Shown: positions 39,721 through 52,156 of the stretch, piece by piece
How the letters are laid out: each line of letters starts with the position of its first letter
Position numbering within the stretch: position 1 is the stretch's first letter
Assembly (NCBI RefSeq): GCF_030028105.1
Contig: NC_092384.1
Span: 12,550,316-12,614,315 of the forward strand
From: Mobula birostris
Lineage: Eukaryota
Reading direction: 5' to 3'
DNA: 64,000 nt
Program-made: the position numbers and the translations under genes
The notes under the pieces: generated by a model
The model's input: the letters and a program-made list of their open reading frames with translations, nothing else
Databases searched by the model: none
What the model was told of the DNA's origin: nothing

Positions 39721-40199
39721 ATTCGGACTTCCTCGTTTCGTAGGGCCTGTGTTTCATGGTATGCTAAGAGAAGTTCTTGATGATCCTCTCCTGTGCTTCA
39801 TAGTGTGTCAAGGGAAGTTCTTGATGATCCTTTGATCTTTCTGGAACCAGGCTAAAATTCAGCATCAGCATGTGAAGCCAAGACTGAAAGTTGTGTTTAC
39901 TGCTCATTGTCTACCTATGCCATTAACCTAATATGGTGTCCCCATTGGTTAGAAGCTGAAATTAGTAACTGTATGTACAAGACCAGTAAAAATCCTCAGT
40001 CAAGTCAGGAAAAAATGACTAATGTGATGCTGCTGGTCTGAAAAGGATGATCTTTTATCCAAGAGTCAGACCCTGAACTTAAAAGAATCTTGGTATCAGA
40101 ACATTGTGCAATGATGAGGAATGCACTGCTGCTCAAGTACTAGAAACAGAAAATATTTGTTGATTTTCACTGTGGTCTACATGTTATTTTAGATGGAAC

Positions 40200-40670
40200 A
40201 GTTTAGCAGTGCCTTAGGCAAGGCATATGGTGGATATTTTGACTTACGAGAATAGGTTGACCAATCAAGGGCATTTCTCTCTGGAGTGAAGGAAGGTGAG
40301 GAGTGACTTGATAGAGGTGTACAACATGATAAGAGGCATAGATTGAGTGAATAACCAGAGACTTTTAGCCAGGGTGGAAATGGCTAATATGAGAAGGCAT
40401 AATTTTAAGATGGTTGGAGGAAAGTATATGGGGGATGCCAGACGTAGTTTTTTTTACACAGAGAGTGGTGAGTGGTGAATGCCCTACTGGGGTGGTAGTA
40501 GATGCTTATACTACCACCCCCGGCATTAGAAAATCTTAGAGGGGCACATGGATGATATAAAATGAAGGCCTATGTAGCACAGAATGGTTAGGTTGTTATC
40601 AGTGTACATTAAAAGGTGGACACAACATCATGGGCCAGAAGGCCTCTACCGTGCTGTAATGTTCTATGTT
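40200..40670 (+). mobile_element. CR1 3' end (decayed)
   Basis: Contains 'ttgatagaggtgtacaacatgataagaggcataga' and ends in the tail 'gttctatgttcta'. Confidence 0.75.
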
Positions 40671-41959
40671 CTAAGAATGGCAGAACTTTCCTCCTCAAAA
40701 CCCTTTCTTCCTTCTGGTAGATGGCATTGGGAACCAAAATCCATTCAGAGATATTCAGCAATTAGTGTTTCTGTGGAGAGAGGGACATAGTTAACAATTC
40801 AGATTGAAGTTCATTCATCCTGAGTAACTTCAGCACGTTCTGCTTTTATTTCAGATTCTCAGGTGGTGCTTGTAACTTCATTTGGCATCAAGTTGGGACA
40901 CTCACCAATGAGAATGCTTAGTGGAACTGTCACTTTACTAAATGATTATTCAACTTTTGTTCTCTTACTTGTGGATATTAGAAAACTTTGCTCCAGTGTA
41001 AACTGGAAGATAATAAAAAAGCTCACACAAGAAAGTTGAGTGGTTTACTACAGTGCCACCCAGTGAAAAGATTGTTCAACTGCAGGCTGTTCATTTTTGG
41101 GCATGTTCAGCAGACAGACATGTTAAATACAGTTGAAACAGCTCTAACACCATAAGGAAAGTGAAAGCATAGCTGGGCAGCACTGATCCATGAAACTGGA
41201 AAGTGTCACTGATGCAGTTGACTGGGAATCAGGTCATTGACAGAACTGCTGTGTTGAATTTCTTTAAATCGCCTAGTTAACATGTGCATCTTATGGTTCA
41301 ACATTAACACTCAGAAGTTCAAAGTTCAAAGTAAATTTTTACATATATGTCACCATATACTACATTGAGATTAATTTTTTGAAGGCATTTACAGGAAAAT
41401 AAAGAAATACAATAGAATTAATTTTAAAACACTATATATAAACAAAGATTGGTTTGTTGTTTATGGTTCAGGAGCCTGATGGTTGAAAGGTAATAACTGC
41501 TCCTAAACCTGGTAGCGTGAGACCTACAGCTTCTGTACTTCCTTTCTGATGACAGAGCCTGGATACTGGTGGTCCTTGCTGCATGCTGCTTTCTTGTGGC
41601 AGTGTAGCCTTGTGCTGTCTCACATAGTCTAGTGCAGTTCTGTGTTGTTTTATGTAGCACCGGGGTCCTGGAGGAACATTGTTTTGTTTTTACTGTGTAC
41701 TATACCAGCACATTATGGTGGAAATAACAATAAACTTGACTTGACTTGAGATTTATAAAATAGAAATAATTGTTTTTTTGATTGGAATCTAAAATTAGGC
41801 AATGCCAAGAACTAGCGTACAACGTTAGAAAAATAAATCGTACATCCTAAAGTAAATTAGACAGATCACCAAGTAAATATGGGAAAAATATTCAAAAACA
41901 ACATGTTTCAGAACCATTCACCTTAAAACATCTTTCTACAAACACGCAGTCTGAAGTAA

Positions 41960-43360
41960 TTGCTGCTGTCCTGTCTCCACAATATAGAAGGATATATTTG
42001 GCCACAGGGAATGGGAATTACTCTTTAAATTTTTTTTTCTTGGAATGGGAGGACCTCGGCTATAAAAGATGGTATCGCTTAAGTTTCCTCAAAATGAAAG
42101 GTTGAGGGTGAACTAATAGTATATAAAATTAAATGAGATGAAGCATAGAAAGGCTGGACATCTACTATGGTTTATTCAATAGTAGGAGGATAAGAAACAA
42201 GCTAGTGTATACTTGGAAGAAGGGTCGGGAATTTTGAAAAGGATTGGGGAGAGATTTGAGAGGCATTTAGACAGACCCTCATAAAGTAGGGCATTGAAAG
42301 TTGTGGGTCTAATGTGATGGAGATTGGTGCAGATGGACAAAGAGAAGCACAGATGTGTTCGACCGACACATTGGCTGCCGGTTACCAGTGGTGTTCCACA
42401 CGGATCAGTGTTGGGGCAGCTTCTTTTTACATTGTACATCAATGATCTGGATTATGGAATAGTTGGCTTTGTGGCTAAGTTTGCTGACGATACGAAGATA
42501 GGTGGAGAGTCTGCAGAGAGACTTGGATAGATTGGAAGAATGGGCAGAGAAGTGGCAAATGAAGTACAATGTTGGAAAGTGTATGGTTATGCACTTTGGC
42601 AGAAAAAATAAACGGGCAGACTATTATTTAAATGGGGAAAGAATTCAAAGTTCTGAGATGCAATGGGAGTCCTCGTACAGGATTCCCTTAAAGTTAACCT
42701 CCAGGTTGACTCAGTAGTGAAGAAGGCAAATGCAATGTTGGCATTCATTTCTAGAGGAATAGAGTATAGGAGCAGGGATGTGATGTTGAGGCACTTGGAG
42801 TACTGTGGGCAGTTTTGGTCTCCTTATTTAAGAAAGTATGTGCTGACGTTGGAGAGGGTACAGAGAAGATTCACGAGAATGATTCCGGGAATGAGAGGGT
42901 TAACATATGAGGAACGTTTGTCCGCTCTTGGACTGTATTCCTTGGAGTTTAGAAGAATGAGGGGAGACCTCATAGAAACATTTCGAATGTTAAAAGGCAT
43001 GGACAGAGTGGATGTGGCAAAGTTGTTTCCCATGATGGGGGAGTCTAGTACGAGAGGGCATGACTTCAGGATTGAAGGGTGCCCTTTCAGAACAGAAATG
43101 GGAAGAAATTTTTTTAGTCAGAGGGTGGTGAATCTATGGAATTTGTTGCCACGGGCAGCAGTGGAGGCCAAGTCATTAGGCGTACTTAAGGCAGAGATTG
43201 ATAGGTATCTGAGTAGCCAGGGCATCAAAAGTTATGGTGAGAAGGCGGGGCAGTGGAACTAAATAGGATAAAATGGATCAGCTCATGATAAAATGGCGGA
43301 GCAGACTCGATGGGCCGAATGGCCTACTTCTGCTCCGTTGTCTTATGGTCTTATGGTCTA
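41960..43360 (+). mobile_element. CR1 LINE RT and 3' end
   Basis: ORFs 42324..42530 and 42663..43262 carry GVPHGSVLG, FADDTK and HLEYCGQFWSP, ending in a (tcttatgg)n tail. Confidence 0.92.
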
Positions 43361-43480
43361 TGCCCGGCATGGATGAGAGTTGGGATCAGAAGGGGAAAGA
43401 TGATTGGTTGTGTCTACGGAAAAGGGAGGCTTGGGGGTGTTCAGGAATAGTGGGGCGAGAGGAAGATAAAGAAATTACGA

Positions 43481-44360
43481 TGTGACAAGAATACACAATA
43501 GATTAAGATGTTAGCTGACCTGTGTGATCAGCAGTTGGTCTGCCACCTGTCTTCAGGAGAGAGAGAGATAAGGAAGACAATGGAGCAGCATTTGGAGATG
43601 TGTAATGAAGGGACGGGAGAGAGAGTAACAGAAGGCGGGAGCTGCCAAGAGCGGCTCCCCCTTTGAACCCTGAACTGTTTGAAGTGATGGACAGGCGATA
43701 CCCCAGCAGGGGGATAAAAAGGGATAGGTTCGCTAAGGCAGGACACACACGACACCCGAGGTAACGAGACCCTGGAAGCGGTGCACCTCTCACAAGTCGG
43801 TGGGAAGCTTTTGGACGGCTGATCGCGGGATCAAGCCATAGACACACAGGGTGGAAAGGCACGATCGGCGGGAACCTGGTGTGTGTCCACCCTTGCCTGG
43901 GTGCCAGGTTCAGCGCAGGGAAACGATCGTATCTGGAAACGGAGGGTCACGGTCGGTGACCTCAGTTGACATCACAAAGGACTCGCCCGAAAGCTGACTG
44001 CGAAGGTCTGTGTGGAAGCTGTGTTGAATATTCATTCGTTTTGCTCTCTCTCCCCCCCTCCCCACTGTCCATCGCCATGGCAACGATTACTGCGAACTGA
44101 ACTAAATTGAACTGGACTTTGTGTCACTTTGAAACTGGTCATTTACCCCTAGACAACGATAGAGCTTGATTAATCTTGTTATCTTAATTCTGTGTACATG
44201 TGTGTTTATCATTGCTGAACTGTTGCATTTAGTATCCTTTTTGATTAGAGTACTGTGTTGCTTGTTTCTTTAATAAAACTTTCTTAGTTCTAGTAATCCA
44301 GACTCCAACTGAGTGATCCATTTCTGCTGGTTTGGCAACCCAGTTACGGGGTACGTAACA
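43481..44360 (+). repeat. 5' LTR (880 bp)
   Basis: TGTGACAAG...GTACGTAACA, about 96-97% identical to the 3' LTR by eye. Confidence 0.95.
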
Positions 44361-44364
44361 TAAG

Positions 44365-44383
44365 TGGGGTTCTCGTCCGCGAT
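44365..44383 (+). promoter_or_regulatory. Primer-binding site, tRNA-Pro type (imperfect)
   Basis: TGGGGTTCTCGTCCGCGAT versus the tRNA-Pro complement TGGGGGCTCGTCCGGGAT, 4 nt after the LTR. Confidence 0.75.
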
Positions 44384-44455
44384 TTTGAACGCTAAATTTG
44401 GGACGGAGTAAATTGATTGGGTCAAAATTCCCGAAAGAAAAGACAAACAGCAGAA

Positions 44456-45999
44456 ATGGAGGCTGAGGAATTTATAAAGGCGCCAACCTTGGAGGCATTA
44501 GAGGATGCCAGGAAATCGGAATTGGTAGCTGTGGCCAAACTGTTGAATCTTGCTAAGGGGAAGTCGACAATGAGGAGAGAGGAGATTAACAGAGCTATCG
44601 TAGAGCAGTATGCATCTAAAGGTGTGTTTCCCCAAGGCGAGCTGGGGGTGGTGTCTATTGAAAAACCTGCCGGAGACGCGGTACAGGTACAGCTTGAAAA
44701 ACTGAGACTCGAGCAGGAGTTCCGGGTACGANNNNNNNNNNNNNNNNNNNNNNNNNNNNNNNNNNNNNNNNNNNNNNNNNNNNNNNNNNNNNNNNNNNNN
44801 NNNNNNNNNNNNNNNNNNNNNNNNNNNNNNNNNNNNNNNNNNNNNNNNNNNNNNNNNNNNNNNNNNNNNNNNNNNNTGGAGAAGTTAAAGATAAGGGCAG
44901 AGCAGGGGCTCGTGCCGAACCAAGGTGGAGGGTTCCGGGCGACCCAGGAGGTTAGGCTGGTTCCCCCATTTGACAATACCAATGTGGATCGGTACTTTCT
45001 CCATTTCGAAAAAGTGGCTATAAGTCAGGACTGGCCGAGGGATAAGTGGGTTATTTTGCTTCAGTGTGTACTGAAAGGGAAAGCCCAAGAAGCTTACTCG
45101 GCTTTGTCCGCGGAAGATGCCCAGAGGTATGAGGTGGTGAAAGAGGCCATCCTCAGGATTTATGGGTTGGTCCCGGAGGCATACCGGCAGAGGTTCCGGA
45201 ATGCGAGGAAGCAGTGGGACTGCACGTATTTAGAGTTTGCCTGTGAGATGCAGACATATTGTGAGTGTTGGTGCGCTTCGAAGGGGGTAGAGGGGGATTA
45301 TGACAGCCTGCTACAGCTGATCCTGATTGAGCAGTTTAAAGGTTGTGTCCCTGAGGGTATGAGACCTACCTCGATGAGAAAGAGGCAGCCACGTTAGCCG
45401 CAACTGCTAAGTTAGCGGATGAGTATGCGTTGACGCATAAAATGAAGTTTGCCACGAGTAAAGGCTATCAGAAGGGTAGTCAGGACAGTGGGGAGAGTCC
45501 GTCGGAAAAGTCAGAAAGTAAGCCGGGGACTAGTGAAAAGGATAAGGTAGACTGGGAGCAGTCTGGTAGGAAGTCTCCTGGGGTTGTCTGTTATAATTGT
45601 GGGAAAGTCGTACTCTTTGCGTCCAGATGCTTTGCCCTAAAGAAGGAGACAGGAAAAGGAAAAACAGCGATTTTGACTGGCTGTATCGAGTTGGTAAGTG
45701 AACCGCTAGGGAAGGACAGGTCTGCCAAAGTTCAGGAAGGGCGCGAGAAGTTTATCTCAGCCGGATTGGTGTCAGTGAAGGAGGGATTAAAACCAGTTCC
45801 AGTGCAGATCTGGAGAGACACAGGAGTGTGTCAGTCACTAATACTGAAGAGTGTATTAGAGTTTAGCTCAGAGACCCAGACTGGGGAGGTAGAGGTCAAA
45901 GGTGTTGGGGAAGGGACAGAGTCAGTCCCTTTGCACCAGATACACTTACAAAGCAACCTGGTCTCTGGACTAGTCACGATCGGGGTGAGGTCCGAATAA
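44456..45999 (+). pseudogene. Gag (SCAN-like domain, decayed zinc knuckle) plus aspartic protease, frameshifted near 45365
   Basis: Contains EAYRQRFR...LILIEQF..CVP (SCAN-like), CYNCGKVVLFASRC (a CCHC knuckle with His lost) and WRDTG (protease, 45811-45825). Confidence 0.85.
44732..44876. other. Assembly gap (145 N) inside the gag coiled-coil region
   Basis: Run of N read directly from the sequence. Confidence 0.99.
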
Positions 46000-46430
46000 C
46001 CGATGAAAGGCGTGGAATCTTGCTCGGTAATGACCTCGCCGGGGGAATCGTGTTCGAAGCAGTGAGATTGACAGGTCAGCCTGCCAGCATTGAGGCCCCG
46101 CCCATGGACTCACAGGTTCATCATGGGGCTGCGGTAGTAAATTTAGCTGAGACGTTTCTGCCAACCTTGTACGAGAAGGGGGTAGAAAATGAAAAGGAGT
46201 GTAGTGAGACAAGAGGTAGTGAGGGAGCTGGGACAGACATAGCAGTAGCCAGGAAAGAATTTGTGCAGACGCAGGAGTGAGACGAGGGGCTGATGGTTTT
46301 GGCAGAGACAGCTCTCTCTGACACAGACTTAACAAGGGAACTAGTAGGCTATTGTGTGGAGGAGGAAGTGCTAAGGAAGCAAGGGAGACCAAGTACCGTG
46401 CCTGCAGATGAGGAATGGGTGGTGGTGTAA

Positions 46431-47260
46431 AAGAGTTATGGGGATGAGGTTTTTAACCTGGCCCAGAAGGTACCCCCTGGTGGACATTTTGCGGTACTGG
46501 AGGGAACAGTTGGTGGACCCATGAAAGAGGTTTACCGGCTGCCCAGGGGGAAGGATGTTATTCATTATGACCGACGCGAACTGAGACAGTCACAGGCTTT
46601 TGATATGCTAACAAACCTAGTCGGTGTTAGTGTGGAAATCAATGAAGCTAGGGTCCCCCTGATAAGAGAAAAAAAAACCATTTTGAAAAGATGAGTATGG
46701 TATCGACCAGATGGGAGAAGGCTATTGTTTTGGCCAGGTCTGCTGATAAGGTCTCTCCCTTAATCCCCAAACAAAGCGACTCTTTAGGAGAAGTAATTAA
46801 ACGACTCGCACCCGTGTGTTTGATTGTCCTGAGGCGATGCAAAGAACTGGGACGTTGGGTGGTGTCTGTTTCAATATATCAGCCTAGTGAGCAACACCCA
46901 TATAGAATGAGTAATTCAGTGACTAAAGGGCTGACGAACACAGAGGTGTGTATTGGCAATTTAACACGGCTGTCTGAAGCCAGCTTGATAGTGAACCTTG
47001 AAAAAAATGAGTTCGGCCACACAAAGGTCACCTACCTGGGAACTGTGGTGACACAGGGGCAGCTGGCAGCGATGCAAGCTACAGTGCAGGCTATCGCTGA
47101 CCTCCCAACCCCGACAGACAAGAGGGCCCTCAGAAGGCTCTTGGAGATGGTGGGGTACTGTAGGAAGTTTTGCAATAACTCTGCGGTCACTACCCCTCCC
47201 CCTCCTACTAAGCCCTTGCGAGAGAAAACTAAGTCGGAATGGGACAACCCTCGTTATTGT
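46431..47260 (+). pseudogene. Pol relics: integrase Zn-binding start, then RT palm/thumb
   Basis: EVFNLAQKVPPGGHF (integrase HH region) precedes HPYRM and TEVCIGN (YxDD destroyed), then NLEKNEF..VTYLG..TPTDKRALRRLLEMVGYCRKF. No RNase H or integrase core is present. Confidence 0.8.
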
Positions 47261-47405
47261 GGTCCGGGACAAAACCAACTGTCTGTCAGGTGTTGACAAC
47301 TTCAAACTCGCTGTATTAGCCAAATAACTGATAAAGATGTATATTTGTGTGTGTATCAAATAACGTATTCATGTTTGTAATTTTTACCCCCCAGTAAAAA
47401 TCCTT

Positions 47406-47418
47406 AAAGGGGGGAAGG
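47406..47418 (+). promoter_or_regulatory. Polypurine tract
   Basis: AAAGGGGGGAAGG immediately precedes the 3' LTR. Confidence 0.9.
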
Positions 47419-48301
47419 TGTGACAAGAATACACAATAGATTAAGATGTTAGCTGTCCTGTGTGATCAGCAGTTGGTCTGCCACCTGTCTTCGGGGGGGA
47501 GAGAGATAAGGAAAACAATGGAGCAGCATTTGGAGATGTGTAATGAAGGGACGGGAGAGAGAGTAACATAAGGCAGGAGCTGTCAAGAGCAGCTCCCCCT
47601 TTGAACCCTGAACTGTTTGAAGTGATGGACAGGCAATACCCCAGCAGGGGGATAAAAAGGGATAGGCTCGCTAAGGCAGGACACACACGACACCAGAGGT
47701 AACGAGACCCTAGAAGCGGTGTGCCTCTCACAAGTCGGTGGGAAGCTTTTGGACGGCTGATCGCGGGATCAAGCCATAGACACACAGGGTGGAAAGGCAC
47801 GATCGGCGGGAACCTGGTGTGTGTCCACCCTTGCCTGGGTGCCAGGTTCAGCGCAGGGAAACGATCGTATCTGGAAACGGAGGGGTCACGGTCAGTGACC
47901 TCAGATGACATCACAAAGGACTCACCCGAAAGCTGACTGCGAAGGTCTGTGTGGAAGCTGTGTTGAATATTCATTCGTTTTGCTCTCTCTCCCCCCTCCC
48001 CCCCACTGTCCATCGCCATGGCAACGATTACTGCGAACTGAACTAAATTGAACTGGACTTTGTGTCACTTTGAAACTGGTCTTTTACCCCTAGACAACGA
48101 TAGAGCTTGATTAATCTTGTTATCTTAATTCTGTGTACATGTGTGTTAATCATTGCTGAACTGTTGCATTTAGTATCCTTTTTGATTAGAGTACTGTGTT
48201 GCTTGTTTCTTTAATAAAACTTTCTTAATTCTAGTAATCCAGACTCCAACTGAGTGATCCATTTCTGCTGGTTTGGCAACCCAGTTACGGGGTACGTAAC
48301 A
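47419..48301 (+). repeat. 3' LTR (883 bp)
   Basis: TGTGACAAG...GTACGTAACA, followed by the TSD ACGA. Confidence 0.95.
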
Positions 48302-49621
48302 ACGACAATATACTGCTCTGCAGCTACGTGTTTGAATGAAAGGTGTTGGTGTAGGCATAATTGTAGGTTAAATGGAAACAATCGATTTTGGTTCATGCAG
48401 TGGTATCAGAAAAGTATTATGCTAAGTGCCAAATGTATTTTAAGTATGAAAAAGACTTTTCAACCTAAACTGCCTATGTTAGTCTACTAACTGTATGCAT
48501 GAACCGAGAAAGGGCCAGGGTTACTAGGCAACACCTTCGAGGTACACCCTAAAGGGAATATATTGTAATAACCAGCAGGCCACCTCTACAGTGAGGAAGT
48601 GCACAGTGAAACAGACACAGCAGAGAATCAGAGATGTAAGGTAAACTCTTGGGGAGATAAAGGAAGATTTTTGGAGTCAAAATAAATAAATAGATAAAAA
48701 ATAAAGAAAGAAACAAAATAGAAAATGGAGCTAATTTCTGCAGTATGTATTTTTACTAACCTAATAAAGGCCCCACCCCCCAGCCCGAGGGATTTGATTT
48801 CTCCAAACCAAGGAGATTTGAGAGCTGTCTCAGGCACTGAAAGATTTCAGGTTGCAAACAATCTCACTGTCTTCAGAAGAGCATCAAGTAAGCACACGTA
48901 TATACTACACCTGAGGACTGCACATTTTTCCATAGATGCTGCCTGCAGATCTTCTCTTGTTAGTGATAAGCTCTTAAATATCGTGTAATTGAATGAAGGC
49001 TATCTGCACCATGGTTAGGACAATATTCTGGCAATGTTTATATATTGCACACAGTTTTTTTTAGGAATAACAATGAGAGAAAATGGTAAGCTGAGAGCAA
49101 CTTGCATCTGCAATAAGCTGTTGCTGATGTTTTACTTTGAAGTGATAGATCCCAGATTGCAGGACAGGAAACACATCACAGGAACTTGCTATTTGCGATC
49201 TGGTTCTATAGATATTTCCCATGTCAACCCATAGATATTTGGGGGAAATTTTGATATAGTGAGTATACTGTTGCCTTCTCTGTCATAATTCTTACAGTGT
49301 TATTACGTTTTGTCTCCAGACACCACTGACCACTGATGAAGAAACACCGCTGTATTAATCTGGGGTTACCAGAGGTGACTGGTGAAAGAAACATTGGGCT
49401 GAAGACGATAGAACCTCATATGAGAGCAAGGTAGAGCATGGAATCAAGTGATGGCAGTGGGAGAAGGCAGATAGGATTAGAAAGAGGAGCCAGTGGGTGA
49501 TGCGTTTCGAAAAATCGGCAGATGGATTGAGTGGAGGAAGAAGAAGAAGGAGATAGGATTTTGTGGTTTTGGGTGAATGTAGAAATAACTATGGAGATCG
49601 CAGATGAAAGAAAGGGACAGA

Positions 49622-50489
49622 TGTTACGTAGCCGGCAACAATGAATATTAATCGAGACAGGTTATATAAAAACAACCAAACATTTATTAAACACGTATAA
49701 ACGATACGGAAAAAAAATCAAAGGAAAACTTTAACCGGAGGTTAACAGGTACGCAGTTGTTCACCAGTTCACCACTCGGCTCTGGTTCTTAAAGCGTTTA
49801 ATGCGGAAACAGTTCTTAAAGCGATACAGTCAGATATAGTTCTTAAAGTGATAACTTCAAAAGTCCAACAGTTTTACGCATCAATTGGGAGAGACTTCTC
49901 TGGAGAAAGATTTCTTCACCTACGCACCTTTACTGCCAGTTCTGTCCACAGGATTCCTGATGCTGAAAATAAACAGTTTAAATCGACTGACCTTAAATTC
50001 CTTTTAGAGAGCGAGAGCCTTTTTGCATGAACTCATTGCGCTATTGCAAGAGTTATCTCAATGCAGGTTCTCTCCAACGAAGACTCAATAAGGTTGATCC
50101 TTTATTAAACTGCCAAATGATGCCGACTTCTCTCGATTCTTCACTTCGATGAATTCTTCACTCTCCCTTCAAAACTGTCGGAATTGGCACTTCCAGCCAC
50201 AAATTTCCAGTCCAAGTAATATGGAATCTTTCAACAGAACGTACAACCATTTTAAAAATGAAACTACGTCACAAAAACAAACACGCAACAGAAACGGAGG
50301 CACAACACGTTCTACCTGGAAATGTACAAACTCAAAAACCTACTACGTCACCTGAGTCGACTCTTATATAGTCACGGGGGGGCACATGTCATCACGTGAC
50401 CTCACATTGGCGGGAAAATCACATCAGGTGACCTCCAAAAGACCATTACAGCATTCTCACAAAAAACAGATCTCCTTGAGCGTGTAACA
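49622..50489 (-). mobile_element. Gypsy-type solo LTR (868 bp)
   Basis: TGTTAC...GTAACA ends, flanks CAGA/CAGG (3 of 4 match), and a minus-strand TATA near 50365. Near-collinear with 58961-59844. Confidence 0.85.
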
Positions 50490-50899
50490 CAGGGTTCAGC
50501 AGTTTACCAGAAGCTTGAGAAATCAACTCATAATGTCTACTTACGAGTTCTCTCCACTAATGCTGCTCGATCAGCCAATAAGCCCGTTGAGTTCTTCCAG
50601 AATTTTATGTGTTAATTATATTCTGTAGTCACATAAAACAGAAATGTGATGAAAAAATGAATTATTCATGTGCGGATCACAATGTGTAAAATAACTAACT
50701 TCCATTTCTTTCAAGCATCAACTTAAAAACATAGAAACAGAACATATAATAATAATCTTATTATGGAAGAACATCGCAATTTTTCCACCAAACAGCAAAT
50801 GCCCCCAAATGGAAAAAAAAATCTAATCACCTTTGGGCTGTATCTTAATAGCCCGGGAGTGTGTAAGAACAGACCACCCCCCCCCCACACACACAACAC

Positions 50900-51520
50900 A
50901 CTAGTCACTAAACTCTAGGAATAATGTGCTTTATCTCTATCAGCCTATGGCTTCTGTGGATAAGCCAAATCGAATCCATGCCAAAATGTCTCTGGATCCC
51001 ATGGCTTTTAACTGTCTAAATCAGCCAACCATGGCAAACAGCATTAAAAGCCTTAGTGATGTCCCTATGCTCCACATCCACCGCTCTAGCTTCATCAATT
51101 TGTTTCACAACGGAATCAAAACTAGTCAATTGGGCTTCCCAGCACGATCAGTTCCTTCTAAAATCATACTGTTGATCTCTAATGAGACGGCGCTATCCAA
51201 ATTCTCGTATATTGTGTCCTTAAAAATCTTCTGCAATAGATTTCTCACCAGTCGCATAAGCTGACTGGTCTATAATCACATAATTATCCCTAGTATCTTT
51301 CTTGAAGAAAGCACAACTTAATAGCGTGACATCCTGCGATGCCTTGGTACGACACTTGTCGCCATTGAGACGCACAGATCATGGTCAGCGCCCCAGATAT
51401 CACACTCATATTACCCATAATAACCTGGGATATATCTCATCCAACCATGGGGACATCGATCCTAATTTTTGTTTTAAATTCCAGCTCGACATGTTCCTGC
51501 AAAATTCCGTGTTCTAAGTT
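50900..51520 (-). mobile_element. Old CR1 RT fragment
   Basis: Decayed antisense of the RPVSL, LIEF and DF.KAFDK region. Confidence 0.6.
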
Positions 51521-51877
51521 GACCACACATTCACGATCGGGGTTGAAGTCGCTCAGCTCAAGAACCAGCATACTTAACATATCTTTATTTGCCAATCGTC
51601 CTAGACTAATCCTGCTTATTATTCAAAATTATCATAAAAGTGCTTAGAAGTGCAAATGTTGTGAAGATTTGGCATTGTAGATCTATTCGGTCATACAAAA
51701 ATAATGATTGTAGAAGTTCACAAAACCCTGTAAAATCTCCTGTATTTATTTCGAGGACCTCAATCAGCAGTAAAGAACCTGAGTGTTAATAAAGAGAATA
51801 GCGATGAAAATTGAATAATTAAATATATTATTTCCTCTAGTCTGGCATCGGTCACTGGTTTACCCCACCGTCCCACT

Positions 51878-51911
51878 CCACGTCAGGATATTATCCGTCA
51901 TAGGATATAAA
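51878..51911 (+). promoter_or_regulatory. Candidate core promoter of the Ig receptor: two CGTCA half-sites and a TATAAA box
   Basis: The sequence reads CCACGTCAGGATATTATCCGTCATAGGATATAAA. TATAAA at 51906-51911 lies 64 nt before the leader ATG. Confidence 0.5.
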
Positions 51912-51974
51912 CCACTCCCTCACTCAATCATTAAAATCGCACATCAACAGACTCATTGAATCTGTTAGGCAAGA

Positions 51975-52014
51975 ATGTTTCTCTTTCTGGCAGTCAGTGA
52001 GATCATTTACATAG
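51975..52014 (+). CDS. IgSF receptor exon 1: leader
   Basis: The ATG opens MFLFLAVSEIIYI, then G|gtacag (phase 1). A 142-nt intron joins it in frame to the V exon. Confidence 0.75.
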
Positions 52015-52156
52015 GTACAGCTTTATTCATTTCTGCGTGTTTTAATTTATCAATCAATGTCCGTTTAGATTACACAATATTGAAGCTAACTGTGAATCAG
52101 CTGTAGGGTACATTTATGAAAAATTCAATTTAACTAAATTAACTTTTCCTTTTTAG

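Larger units (their letters stand above)
43481..48301 (+). mobile_element. Internally deleted, non-autonomous Gmr1-like Ty3/Gypsy LTR retrotransposon with both LTRs
   Basis: TG...CA LTRs at 43481-44360 and 47419-48301, a perfect 4-bp TSD (ACGA), PBS and PPT. Gag, protease, an integrase relic and an RT relic occur in that order. Confidence 0.95.

Noticed and set aside
39773-39832. 18-bp direct repeat GAAGTTCTTGATGATCCT, two copies
   Set aside because: Only two units are present. It is a local duplication, not a CRISPR-like array, and the DNA is vertebrate.
47441-48019. 192-aa antisense ORF in the 3' LTR (also 43503..43862)
   Set aside because: It has no domain-like motifs, and it is shorter (119 aa) in the other, near-identical LTR, so it is not maintained.
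48602-48640. CACAGTG heptamer as a recombination signal sequence
   Set aside because: There is no ACAAAAACC-like nonamer at 12- or 23-nt spacing, and no adjacent V, D or J segment.
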